DNA from: Candidatus Marinacidobacterales bacterium
GTDB lineage: Bacteria > Acidobacteriota > Vicinamibacteria > Marinacidobacterales > DATDRI01
Direction: 5' to 3'
NCBI GenBank assembly: GCA_965219415.1
Contig: OZ244742.1
Coordinates: 800,001-864,000 of the forward strand
Length of the DNA: 64,000 nt
Part shown: in pieces, positions 19,782-30,043 of the stretch
How positions within the stretch are numbered: position 1 is the first letter of the stretch
How the letters are laid out: the number at the start of each line of letters is the position of its first letter
Notes under the pieces: generated by a model
Told to the model about the DNA's origin: nothing
Databases searched by the model: none
What the model saw: the letters and a program-made list of their open reading frames with translations, nothing else
Translations under genes and position numbers: made by a program

Positions 19782-20305
19782 CCAAGAACGTTGTCAACGG
19801 GACGCGGTTCTTCATCATCGGTTTCATGGGGGTCGGCAAGAGCACGGTAGGGCGTGGAGTTGCCAAGCGTCTCGGTGTGCCGTTCTATGATTTGGATCAA
19901 GAGATCGAACAAGACGCGGGAAAGAAGATCCACGAAATCTTCGACGCTGTGGGCGAGGGCTCGTTCCGCAGGATCGAGACCGAGCGCCTTCGAGAAATTG
20001 TGAAACGAGGACCAGGAGTCATCGCCACCGGCGGGGGGACTTTCACTCGGCCCGAGAACCGGGAGATTATCGGTTCAAGTGGGGTGAGCGTCTGGTTGGA
20101 TGCGCCGACCGACCTCGTGATCGAGCGCGGCGCTAAAGGACGGCATCGACCCTTATGGCGCAGCACGGAACAGGTCAAGGCGCTTCTCGATGAGCGCTTG
20201 CCCGACTATCGTAAGGCCGATATTCGCTTCGACATGAACGCATTGCCACTGACAAGAGTAACCGCGCGGCTCGCCAACCTGCTGCAATCGTATTGCGAGA
20301 GCTGA
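19778..20305 (+). CDS. aroK: Shikimate kinase
   Basis: GFMGVGKSTVG, FRRIE, ATGGG and RPL motifs. ATGA overlap with aroA. Confidence 0.95.
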   Translation: MTKNVVNGTRFFIIGFMGVGKSTVGRGVAKRLGVPFYDLDQEIEQDAGKKIHEIFDAVGEGSFRRIETERLREIVKRGPGVIATGGGTFTRPENREIIGSSGVSVWLDAPTDLVIERGAKGRHRPLWRSTEQVKALLDERLPDYRKADIRFDMNALPLTRVTARLANLLQSYCES

Positions 20306-21045
20306 TGAGATACCTGATTCTTAGCGACATTCACTCGAATCGCGAGGCGCTTACCACCGTGCTTCGTTTCGTCCGGCGAAAACGGTTCGACCGGACCGTT
20401 ATTTTGGAGACCTCGTCGGTTACGGGGCGGAGCCAAACCCCATCGTCGACATGGTCCGCTCCCTCAAGCGATCCGTGATCATCCGGGGGAACCACGATAA
20501 GGTATGTAGCGGGGTCGAATCGGGCGAGATGTTCAATCGCATCGCTCTCGTCTCCGCCAAGTGGACCCAGAAGAAACTCCTTCCGAGCCACCGCAAGTGG
20601 CTTGCTGGCCTCCACCCAAGGCCCGGTCCACGTGGACGATACCTTTTCGATCTCTCGCGGCACCCCACTCGATGAGGACGCTTACATTTTCGGAGAGATC
20701 GAGGCTCTCAACATGTTCCGATTTCTCAAGTTCCCGATATGCTTCTTCGGGCACAGTCATTTTCCGGTAGCGTTCTGTCTGGACTCGGAATCGTTGACAA
20801 CCTATGTCCCCACGAGCCCAACGTTCCGGCTGCAGCTCCGAAAGGATGCCTTTTACCTCATCAATCCGGGCTCGATCGGTCAACCTCGGGATGGGGACAA
20901 ACGCGCCAGCTTCGGCATTTTCGACTCCACCAAGATGACGATGACCATTCACCGCGTGGAATACCGATACGAGCGCACGCAGAGGAAAATACGCGCCGCT
21001 GGCCTGCCACTTCCCTTGGCGGATCGGCTGGCGCTAGGCCGGTAG
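20305..21045 (+). CDS. Metallophosphoesterase (YfcE-like) with two frameshifts
   Basis: SDIHSN, GDLVGYG, RGNHD, GHSH and NPGSIGQPRDG motifs are spread over three frames. Confidence 0.85.
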
Positions 21046-21079
21046 CAGTGTAGTAATCAAAGACTCTTCGTCCCTTAAT

Positions 21080-21177
21080 CCCTCTCCCTTCCGCCTTCGC
21101 TGATGCTTCGGCGGACCCGCCGAAGTCGTTGGAATAGAAGCGGACGGAGGCGGGCTGGGAGAGGGCCGGGGTGAGGG
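21080..21177. repeat. CCCTCTCCC...GGGAGAGGG..GGGGTGAGGG REP-like palindrome with a nested CCGCCTTCG palindrome
   Basis: Outer arms at 21080-21088 and 21157-21177. The inner element at 21091-21153 resembles 7324-7420. Confidence 0.75.
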
Positions 21178-21290
21178 TTCATGAAGAGAAAAAAACGGAG
21201 GCGCGTGGTCCGCGCCCCGCTCTTCGATACCAAGCTTTATCGGGGTTAGTGGAGCTGAGTCGGGCGACTCAGCGACCCCGGCTATTCCCG

Positions 21291-21626
21291 CTACTCGTTG
21301 ACCGCGCGATCGATGGCGCGGCGCAACTTATCCTCACCGTTTCCACGGCCCTCATCCGAGGGTGTGGTTCCGAACCGCAACACGAACCGGCCCCCAGTGG
21401 ACAAAGAAAGGGAGTCAATGAGCTTGCGGGTCAGTTCCTTCCAACTCCACCAGCGCTGCTTCCCGACGATCCGGCGAAGCGCCCGGCGTAGCTCAGGCTC
21501 CTCGGCCGTATAGCCGACTTCGCCTTCGATGGCCCGAATGCCGATTTGGAAGTGGACCTTGCCAACTCTTACGGAACCTTGGTAGATTCCGGTAGCGAAC
21601 TGCTGCGTGTCAACCGATTGAAGCAT
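21291..21626 (-). CDS. Hypothetical protein
   Basis: 111-aa ORF with a strong AAGGAG RBS and no recognised family. Confidence 0.6.
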   Translation of the reverse strand: MLQSVDTQQFATGIYQGSVRVGKVHFQIGIRAIEGEVGYTAEEPELRRALRRIVGKQRWWSWKELTRKLIDSLSLSTGGRFVLRFGTTPSDEGRGNGEDKLRRAIDRAVNE

Positions 21627-21701
21627 CGAATGTCACTCCTTGCTAAGCCCCCGAAATCTCCTGCACCCGGGAGCCAAATTGACTCAGATGCGAGCCCTTT
21701 T

Positions 21702-21717
21702 AGCAAGTTGCATGCCC
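21702..21717 (-). promoter_or_regulatory. Candidate sigma54 promoter
   Basis: GGGCATGCAACTTGCT, which fits GG-N10-GC with TTGC. Confidence 0.55.
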
Positions 21718-21912
21718 AAGAGCGGCCGTTACTTCATCTTCTACCTGTCGCCCGGCCAGACACTATCTATTGTGTTATTGGGTCGTTCCAAAACCCTTGA
21801 GACCTCAAGTGCTATATCATCTTTTGTCACAAAACGTGGGGCAATTCCCTACGTTATCGCGTGGGTTTTCCCCCCTAGGGGTTAGCGGGTTAGAGCCTAC
21901 ATCCTTGGCTCA

Positions 21913-22119
21913 ATGCGCGCTCACTCTTCGTTCGCGCGCTGAGCCTCGCTCATCGCTCGGCCTCCCTGTTGTCGGCCCACTCGGGCCGGCTCGCTCCGCT
22001 CGCATAGAGCCGTCAGCTGTCTCCGCAGCCGCTTGTCGGCAGAGGGACAAGCCGTGGGGGTGGGGCCCCGCGGCGCCGTGATGGAGAAGTGCAGTCAATC
22101 TCTCGGCCACCCCTGCTAG
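21913..22119 (-). repeat. Modular intergenic repeat, copy B
   Basis: The frame matches the reverse complement of 59967-60208, but the inner TCAGCTGTC...GTGGGGCCCCG module is in + orientation. Confidence 0.85.
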
Positions 22120-23189
22120 GGCTTGGCTAACCGGCGAGCAGCCTCCCAAACCGCCTCGTCTGGGGCGGTCTGGGGAAGGATCTCGACCGAGGGACCAAGA
22201 GGAGCCCAGACCGAAGGATCGGTAGGACCGAAAAGGGCAATGGTAGGAGCGCCGGAAGCCGCGGAGAGGTGCGAAACTCCCGAATCGTTCCCGACGAAAA
22301 CGTCAGCTTGGGACAATACGCACCCAAGAACCGGGAGGGGTAGCCCGGCCGCAGTTGGGGGGCTCCAAGAAAGCGTCCGCCGAAGGGCCATCGCGGCTTC
22401 CCCATCCGCCTCGCCTTCGATGATCAAGACCTGCTGACCCGCGGCTCGCGCCCGGGCCGCCAGACCCCCGAAACATTTGGGCTCCCAGTTCTTGAGGACG
22501 CTTCCGCTGCCAGGGTGAATGGCTAGAAAACCCGTCTTCTGGAGGCCAGCTTCAGTGAGGAACTCGCGGGCGGCCTGTAGCGCGTCGGTCGGAAATTCCA
22601 GCTTGGGAGGCGACAACGCGACGAGAATACCCAAGGGTGTAAGGCTCTGCAATAAATGAAGACTCGCATGTACTCGAGCTCTCACTGGAGGGTACGGACT
22701 CGCCTGAATGCACGGTACGTCGGCTTGCTCTAGCTGTCGCCGTAGATCGGCCGATTCTTCACGGACCCACGCCACGACCAGATCGAACGAGCGGAAAAAA
22801 TCTTGTAGATCTGCCGGGAGCAATTCAGAGAACAACCCTGCGAAAAGGGCACGGTCGATAGAATGGATCCCGTGCACTGGAATGGCGAGACCGGCCACCT
22901 GCAGCACCGAGGGGTAGCCAGCGAGCTCGAGTTGCCCACCGCGGTTCCATTCATGGAGTGCCCGAAGAGCCGGCAAGGCGAGAACCGTGTCTCCGAGCGC
23001 GCCAGCTCGGATAACAAGGATGCGTCCGCCTTTTACTCGCCCTGTCCTTGTGCTAGAATTTTCCGGAAAAATGTCCAGACTATTTCTGTCGTTTGCCGCA
23101 TTCCTGCTACTCCTCGCGGCCGCTCGCGGGTCCGACCGTTGGGTGGAGGCCGATGAGTTAGAGGATGCCGACCTAGCTGTTTTTTTCAC
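22116..23189 (-). CDS. Glycosyltransferase family 9 (heptosyltransferase-like). Start uncertain.
   Basis: RILVIRAGALGD, IHPGSG..KNW, GNDSGVSHL and LFGPTDP..WAP motifs. Confidence 0.9.
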   Translation of the reverse strand: MKKTARSASSNSSASTQRSDPRAAARSSRNAANDRNSLDIFPENSSTRTGRVKGGRILVIRAGALGDTVLALPALRALHEWNRGGQLELAGYPSVLQVAGLAIPVHGIHSIDRALFAGLFSELLPADLQDFFRSFDLVVAWVREESADLRRQLEQADVPCIQASPYPPVRARVHASLHLLQSLTPLGILVALSPPKLEFPTDALQAAREFLTEAGLQKTGFLAIHPGSGSVLKNWEPKCFGGLAARARAAGQQVLIIEGEADGEAAMALRRTLSWSPPTAAGLPLPVLGCVLSQADVFVGNDSGVSHLSAASGAPTIALFGPTDPSVWAPLGPSVEILPQTAPDEAVWEAARRLAKP

Positions 23190-24012
23190 CGGAGAGCTCC
23201 GCGGTTACGTTGAGCCCTGTGGCTGAAGCCGCAACCCCCTCGGGGGCTTTGCCCGGCGGGCAGCGTACCTAGAACAGTTTGAGAAGATCTTCTCGCGAAC
23301 ACCATGGATTCTGGTCGACGCGGGGGACTTCTCCGCCGATGTAGCACTCGAGGCGGAGGTTCGAAACCGGTGGGTCCTGGAAGGCATGCTCCGCATGAAC
23401 TACTCCGCGATCAACATCGGCGAGCTGGAGGTCATACCGGAGACCGGACGCTTCCGCGAGCTGGGGCACTCGAGGTTGCCGTTAGTCTCCGCCAATGCCA
23501 TCCTCGGGTCCGAGGCGGGCGCCGCCATCCCTCCGTACGTGATCCAAGAAGTCGAGACCGCTTCGGGACGAACGATCCGTTTTGGCTTCCTGGGACTCAC
23601 CGACCCGACCTCTGACTCACTCGCCATCGACTTCTCCGATCCGGTCGAAAAAGCGCGGGGGCTCGTCGGCGAGCTCCGCGGAAAATGCGACGTTGTCGTG
23701 GTCTTGGCACAATTGCCGCTGCCGACGGCCAAGGATCTCGCCAAGGCGGTCCCAGGGATCGACGTACTGGTGGGCGCTGCGAATGACACACACCTCTCTC
23801 AACCGGTGTTCGAAGGAGACACTCTGATTTCTTACCCGTATCCCCAGGGAATGGCGCTCGGCGAGCTGAGGCTTTTCTTCGACACCGAGGGGCGGGCGAC
23901 CCGTTTCTTTTACCGCCTGGTCGCACTCTCTTCTCGGCTTCCAGATCATCCAGATTTCATCGAGTTCCAGCAAAGGGCTGAAGAGGAGATCACCCAGGCC
24001 AAATCCCAGTGA
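23071..24012 (+). CDS. UshA/5'-nucleotidase-like metallophosphoesterase, probable selenoprotein (TGA at 23224-23226)
   Basis: Signal peptide, then FFTGELRGYVEPCG-TGA-SRNPLGGFARRA...LVDAGD in frame with ORF 23386-24012 (NIGELE, VSAN, PGIDVLVG). Confidence 0.85.
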
Positions 24013-24080
24013 TTTTGTTTCATGCTACTATGGGAGCCGAAATTCCCAGCGCGCCACAAGTGAATAGAGGAGATAGCCCC

Positions 24081-24539
24081 ATGAAGCCCTTGAGCCTACC
24101 GGCGAGGAGTAGCCTGGTCAATTTGGTCAAAACGATCCGATTGCTCACTGCTTTTTCGGTCGCCACACTACTCGGTGCGCCGCTGACACTCGGACAGGAA
24201 GAAACCCCGCAAGAACCCCCATCCGCCATGGAGCAAGCCGACGCGCTACCGCAGGCCGAGACTCCCGCGCAAGTCTCCGGCATGGCCTCAACCGAAGCCT
24301 ACGATCGAGGACTGCGACACTACCGGAATCGCAACTTCACCCAAGCCCTCGAGGAGCTAGGCCAAGTCTCGCAGGCCGAACCGGGTCGGGCCGACGTGCT
24401 CTACTTGATGGGATACTGCCACTACGTCCTGAAGCACTTTGAGGACTCCTTGGATGCGTTCCGGAGGACGTTCGAGGTGAACCCGGATTTCGACCCTCGC
24501 GGGATCTATCAGGCGCGATATCGTCCGCAAGGTCCGTAG
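24081..24539 (+). CDS. Secreted TPR protein
   Basis: Signal-like N-terminus and two TPR-like repeats (AYDRGLRHY..., LYLMGYCHY...). Confidence 0.78.
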   Translation: MKPLSLPARSSLVNLVKTIRLLTAFSVATLLGAPLTLGQEETPQEPPSAMEQADALPQAETPAQVSGMASTEAYDRGLRHYRNRNFTQALEELGQVSQAEPGRADVLYLMGYCHYVLKHFEDSLDAFRRTFEVNPDFDPRGIYQARYRPQGP

Positions 24540-24604
24540 CAAGCGACCCGGCAGGACCTCCTCCCCCGGGAGCATGCCGGGAGGTTGACGTTTAAGTCCG
24601 AGGG

Positions 24605-26374
24605 TCAGGAGCCCGCGGATGACGGGGCTTGCCCTTCCCTACTCCCCTCGTCGACTTGGGACCCGGACTGCGGCTCGGCCCGGTCGTTGAGTTCAGGGGT
24701 TTCAGGTTTTTCCGACGAGTCCGCCTTGTCTGGCCTTGCGAACGCCCCCCGTCCGCCATGTCTTTCGCGTCTCTCTTGTTTGTCCTGTCGGTCTTGTCTT
24801 GAAGCCGAGCTCCGACGGCTGGAGCCCCTCGAGTGACGCTCCGGTCTCCTCTGCCTTCCCGATTCCTTTCGAGCCACGAGCTCGAACTGCTCGTGATGGA
24901 AACCAGCCATCGGCTTGATCTCGGTTCTCGCACCTAGGATGGAGCGGATCTCGTCGAGCACGGGAGCCTCGCCTTTTTGAAGGGCGCGGCCCACCTCGGG
25001 ATGCACTTGTAGGATCGCCCCGTTTTGAGGAAGCTCCGACACCTTCCTTCGAACATGGTCGAGAATCTCGTAGCCGATCGTCGTGGCCGACTTGACTCGT
25101 GCGCTCCCTTGGCAGTAAGGACAGGCTTGGCTAAGGGTACGTTCGAGTGACTTCTTCACTCGTTTGCGAGTGAGGATCATCAGACCGAACTCATTAATCT
25201 GAATTGCTTTCGTGGGAGAACGATCGTCCAGGAGCTCTTCTTCGAGGTCGGCAAAGACCTTCTGTTGATTGCGTCTCTCCTCCATGTCGATGAAGTCGAT
25301 GACGATGATGCCCCCCAGGTCACGGAGCCGGATTTGATGCACGATCTCCTTGATGGCTTCTAGATTGATGCGTGTAATCGTGTTCTCGAGGCGCTTGCTG
25401 CCGGTGTAGCGCCCGGTATTGACGTCGATCGCTACCAAGGCTTCGGTCTGATTGATCACGATATAACCGCCCGACTTGAGCCAAACTTTGCTTTTGAGGG
25501 CGCGGTCGATCTCGGCCTGTACTCCGTACTCGTCGAAGATCGGGTAGTTCTTGGAGTAGAGCTTGACGCGATGCAGCATCTGGGGCTCGATTTGCTTCAC
25601 GAAGTCCACGACTTCGTCGTATAGCTTTTCGGAATCGATTCGGATCGCGCTGAAATCCGGAGAAAGCATGTCCCGAATGAGCTTGAAAACGAGACCGAGA
25701 TCGCGATGGATGACCTCGGGGGCCCTGGCAGACTCCGCCTTACGGCGAATCTCGGTCCACTGGTTCTCGAGAAAACGCATGTCGGCTAGAATCGCCTCAT
25801 CGTCTTTGCCGATAACCGCGGTCCGGACAATATACCCGCCTCCAACCGTGCGGTTCTGCTGAATCAACTGTCGGAGCCGAGCCCTTTCCTCCGAGGATTC
25901 AATCTTCCTCGATACGCCGATGTGGTCGACAGTCGGCATGAACACCAGCAGTCGTCCCGGAAGGCTGACGTAGGAAGTGATGCGAGCGCCTTTCGTTCCA
26001 ATGGGCTCCTTCGCGACCTGGACCAGAACTTCCTGCCCTTCGGTGAGCAACTCGTCGATAGAGTGGTTCTTGGCCTTGGCACGGACGATCTCTCGCTCCG
26101 TCTCGGCCATCTTCTCCTCTTCCATGGTTTGGAAGGGATCGAACTCCTCCTCCAACACGTCGGAGACATACAGGAAGGCGTCGCGCTCTAAACCAGCATC
26201 GACGAAAGCCGACTGCATCCCAGGTAGGACGCGGTTGACTCGGCCCTTATACAGGTTCCCTACAACGCTTCGACTACTCTCTCTCCCTACTGAGACTTCG
26301 GTGACGACCCCGTCCTCGACGAGGGCGACTTTGGTTTCCTGGGGGTGGTGACTGACGATCAACTCCTTGGGCAT
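24605..26374 (-). CDS. rng: Ribonuclease E/G family
   Basis: GNLYKGRV, VLPGMQSAFVD, QVAKEPIGTKGA, IDVNTG, IVIDFIDM and CPYCQG motifs, plus a short charged tail. Confidence 0.95.
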   Translation of the reverse strand: MPKELIVSHHPQETKVALVEDGVVTEVSVGRESSRSVVGNLYKGRVNRVLPGMQSAFVDAGLERDAFLYVSDVLEEEFDPFQTMEEEKMAETEREIVRAKAKNHSIDELLTEGQEVLVQVAKEPIGTKGARITSYVSLPGRLLVFMPTVDHIGVSRKIESSEERARLRQLIQQNRTVGGGYIVRTAVIGKDDEAILADMRFLENQWTEIRRKAESARAPEVIHRDLGLVFKLIRDMLSPDFSAIRIDSEKLYDEVVDFVKQIEPQMLHRVKLYSKNYPIFDEYGVQAEIDRALKSKVWLKSGGYIVINQTEALVAIDVNTGRYTGSKRLENTITRINLEAIKEIVHQIRLRDLGGIIVIDFIDMEERRNQQKVFADLEEELLDDRSPTKAIQINEFGLMILTRKRVKKSLERTLSQACPYCQGSARVKSATTIGYEILDHVRRKVSELPQNGAILQVHPEVGRALQKGEAPVLDEIRSILGARTEIKPMAGFHHEQFELVARKESGRQRRPERHSRGSSRRSSASRQDRQDKQERRERHGGRGAFARPDKADSSEKPETPELNDRAEPQSGSQVDEGSREGQAPSSAGS

Positions 26375-27066
26375 TTGTGGCACCAGTACCCGTAAATGGG
26401 GAGAAAAACCGGTTGTTTGGGGAGAGCCCTTCTCGCATTCGGGCCGTGGCGGCGCAGCATCTCGCGATGGGGCCGGGGGCCGTAAGAAGAGTTAGGCACC
26501 GGCCAAAAGCAGCCGGGGAAGTTACCGGGGTCGGGATAGAACTCCCAACCACAAGGGGTCGGGCCGGCACCGGAACTGCACCGCAGGGCGATTGCACCCC
26601 CGGTCTTTGGCTGGCCAACATGACTTTGACTTCGATTCTCCCAATGTTCTGAAGCAGAGACGGAACCGGTACCTGATCCGCTTCAGGTTCGCGACGATCT
26701 TCCGGTGAGCACCCGCGGCATAAATCTCATCTCACCGCACCGACGGTCGGTGCGACGGCTATCTCCGCCGCTAGTGGTCAAGAAAACGAAGACCATCTCG
26801 AACGACTTCATGCAATCTTGTTTCTGATTCGTTTGCTTGCTCTCGAGGCGGTCCCACCTGCCGCGCTCTCGGCCACAGTGTTGTATCGGGGCTTTCCGCC
26901 CTCCAACACCTGGCTCGCCTCCTTGGCTCGCAAGGTCTAATGGCGCGGAATTCATGTTCCGCTCCAAGCCATTGAATTTACCATGAGAAGCCCCACCCCA
27001 CAAGCAGGGCGATTGGGTGTGGGAATCAGGAGGGCTGGTGTCGAGGACGGACCTACGAGTTTTGCT

Positions 27067-27570
27067 TCATGGATTCAGAATGTAGTACTCAGACGTGGCG
27101 TTGACCAGGTTTCGTAGGCTCATCGTTGTGGCGTAGGTCTTGCGAATATAGGTGTCCTCGGGTGAGGCGGCGTTCACCGTCGTCCCTCCCTCGAGGTTGG
27201 TGCTCTGGCTCCTCGCCCTGATCGAGAGGTTCACCCTCGTTATCCACGTCTCCGGGTCATCGGGGTCGGTCGGGCCCGGCGAATCCACCCAGGCGGCAGC
27301 GCTACCGACTCCGTATTGAAGCTGAAAGTCTTCGATGTTGGCAGCAAGCGGGATCCAGTCCTCCCCGGCACCGAGATCGCGACGCTCTAAGGTGGGGTTG
27401 TCGGCTGGCGGTACCGGGTCGACCCGATACTGGATGATGCTAAAGAACCCTATGACGGCGCAATCTGGTTCGACGTCGTCGTTGAAACCCTGTGGCAAGT
27501 TCGAGAAGCTCTGACCCGGATTGTGCGTAAGCTTGAGCTTGCCGCCAACCATCTGAGGATCGTTAGTTAG
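27067..27570 (-). pseudogene. C-terminal fragment of a PilW-like type IV pilus assembly protein, cut by the adjacent IS
   Basis: IQYRV...LERR...LAANIEDFQLQYG...VNLSIRARS...TTMSLRN. No N-terminal prepilin segment. Confidence 0.65.
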
Positions 27571-28402
27571 TACCCGTCCTGAAGCCTGTAAGGGATTGAG
27601 AAAAAAGGAGAAATCGCAAATTCAGGGCTAGTCTTCTGAGGGGGTGTCGATTAGGATCGTGTCGTTGAAAACATCCGATTCTAAATGACTTAACTCCAAA
27701 GGAGACCAGCCCTAAATGCGAAAAACGATCAATTCACAGCCAAATCTACGTGAGCCCTGGCTGGAGCTGGAGCACGCACGCGAACTCGAAACGATCTCGT
27801 CGCTGCTCGATGCCCATCCTAAACTCAATGAGCTGGTACTGCAAGACCTGAAGTCGGTCACCCCATCGGCAGGGAGCGATGTTGGTCGTGGGGGAATGAG
27901 CACGGAGCAGGTTCTCCGGGCGTTGTTGGTCAAGCAGCTGAATCAGTTCAGCTATCGGGAGCTGGCGTTTCACTTGGCAGACTCTCGAAGCTATCGGACG
28001 TTTTGCCAGCTCGGCATCATAGAGCCGACCCCGTCGAAGTCGACCCTAGCAGCAAACATCAAAGCCGTGAAGTTCGAAACGCTGGAGCAGATCAACCGAG
28101 AGCTGGTGAGCGTTGCCGAGGATGCTGGGATTGAAAAGGGAAGAAAAGTACGAGTGGACTGCACGGTAGTGGAATCAAACATTCATCCGCCTACAGACTC
28201 CGAGCTTCTTTATGACTGTGTTCGGGTTCTCACTCGCCTGATGTGCGGAGCTCGCGAACTGCTGGGTACAGTAGTGGTCTTCGGCAATCGAACGCGTCGA
28301 GCGAAGAGACGTCGACTGGGAGTTCTGAACGCGAAGGATAAGCAACAAAGGCGTCGCGTCTATCGAGATCTACTGAAGGTGACGGAAGAAACCTATCGCT
28401 GA
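27571..28402 (+). mobile_element. Truncated ISNCY/IS5-like element (N-terminal transposase fragment 27716-28402)
   Basis: GRGGMSTEQVLRA, FSYRELAFHLADS and VRVDCTVVESNIHPPTDSELL motifs. The ORF stops at 228 aa. Confidence 0.85.
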
Positions 28403-28577
28403 CGGAGCCGCGATGTTTCGCGGTCGGCCAGGATTGAAGGTCCAACTCCTGGGTGGTACTCTGGAAGCAATCAAATCCACAACATAACAGAGGGCGCGCA
28501 CGCTTCATGGCGGCAGCGCAGTCCACACCGGCCAAGCCGTGTTTGAAACGAACGAAACTCGAAGTCTCCAGACGGGC

Positions 28578-29131
28578 ATGAGACGCCGAGCATTGTGTCT
28601 CGGGTTCATGTGTCTTTCTGCGGGCATCCTCTGGGCGCCCCTCCTTGCTCGGCGGCCCCGGAGCTGCGTGTAGACGAGACCGCCACACGCCTGCGGTGGC
28701 TCGAGGATCGGACCGAAGTCTCCTTAGCAGTCCAGCACGAAGCGGACCGGGAGATGACGGCAGAGATCGCGCTCGAGCTCATCGACGAAGTAGGGGCGAT
28801 CCGTTCGCGGGGAAGTCGTAGCGTCACTTTCAGGCCCGGCGCCAATGTGTCGACTCTTTCCACGGAGCCGGCTTTGTCGACACTCGCTCCTGCCGATCAA
28901 GAAGGGCGCTCCACTACACGGTCGCCAACGTGGCGCCTGCGCTATCGAATTAGCTCCGAGGCGGACGCGCCACCGAACGAGGGCATCATCGCGGTCTCCG
29001 AGACCGCGAAGGGTTTTTACGAGCTTCGGATCGCCCACCCGAAGCGAGCGTCGTCGTGCCACCGGTCAGGTTCGTGGTTTGGGAAGCGGATCGCTCTCAG
29101 GCGGATCGCTCTCAGGATGATTGAGAAATAG
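28578..29131 (+). pseudogene. N-terminal fragment of a large secreted protein, possibly alpha-2-macroglobulin-like
   Basis: Signal peptide MRRRALCLGF..., a frameshift, then LRVDETATRL...LELIDE...WRLRYRI...FYELRI. It ends near a 15-bp tandem duplication at 29086-29115. The family assignment is from memory only. Confidence 0.35.
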
Positions 29132-29134
29132 CGA

Positions 29135-29992
29135 CTAAAGAGGAGGATCCTCTGGTGTCGCTGCGCGGCTTCCATTCCAAGCCGACGTCCCGCGGATGAC
29201 ACCCGTCTCGTCGATCAAGAAGCTCCGACCGCCGGTGTGACCGTAGTTGCGCGGTCGGGCGGTCACGGTGAACCGCGGTCCGAGTCCAGCGTCGTCTACC
29301 GAGCTCACGTACTCGAAAAGATGTCCTCGCTTTGATCCCTCCGCCAGCCCAGCGTCGATACAACCCGCACCCTCGGGCCCCAGCGAGAGTAGCGTCGGTG
29401 GGTAACCGATGGCGGGGTGGTCGGTGCGGTAAGTCTCGGCACACTGGCCGATCTCCCGAATCGCGGCCAGGGCGATAGAATCCGCGGCGGCGATGGGGCT
29501 GTGGGTGACCGAAATGGCTGTCAGGGCGAGACCACTCAAGAAGCAGAGCGTGGCCGTCCCGACGCCTGCTGCGAGTGTTCTCCACCCGCTGCGCTCCCCG
29601 GCGAGCAGCCGATAACCCTTGATGGCAGCCACAGTCAGGGGGATTTGTAGAAGCGGAAGCAGCGCTGGGATCGCCAGAACTCTACGCGGGACGTCTTCGA
29701 CGGCGTTGATCAACGCGGCCGCCGGAACCAGGCTCAGAACGCCGCTGAAAAATACCAGGGGTCCAACGCCCAGGGCGAGGGCGAAGCCCCCTCGCGGAGA
29801 TCCGCTGCGCATGCGCCAGAAAATGAAGAGATAGGCAAGCACAAATGGAAGCCATGCCACGAAACTCTCAACGATGAGGTGCCTTGCGATAGGAGGCGTG
29901 TCGGACAGTACGGCCAGTGGGGAGAAGACCCACAGAAGGGAGAGCGTTGCCAGGATGCGGGTGACACGTGCACAGCTCGAAACGGACGGCAT
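29135..29992 (-). CDS. Multi-pass membrane protein with a C-terminal pilin-like domain
   Basis: About five TM segments, then GYPPTLLSLG...GSKRGHLFEY...FTVTARP...GGRSFLIDETGVIR. Confidence 0.7.
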   Translation of the reverse strand: MPSVSSCARVTRILATLSLLWVFSPLAVLSDTPPIARHLIVESFVAWLPFVLAYLFIFWRMRSGSPRGGFALALGVGPLVFFSGVLSLVPAAALINAVEDVPRRVLAIPALLPLLQIPLTVAAIKGYRLLAGERSGWRTLAAGVGTATLCFLSGLALTAISVTHSPIAAADSIALAAIREIGQCAETYRTDHPAIGYPPTLLSLGPEGAGCIDAGLAEGSKRGHLFEYVSSVDDAGLGPRFTVTARPRNYGHTGGRSFLIDETGVIRGTSAWNGSRAATPEDPPL

Positions 29993-30043
29993 AAGTTATG
30001 GGTCCTGTGGGTCAGTCATAGCAAGGGCAATGTTTACGCAGCC

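Noticed and set aside
26390-27060. ncRNA or CDS upstream of rng
   Set aside because: A structured leader is plausible, but I see no recognisable RNA motif or convincing ORF.
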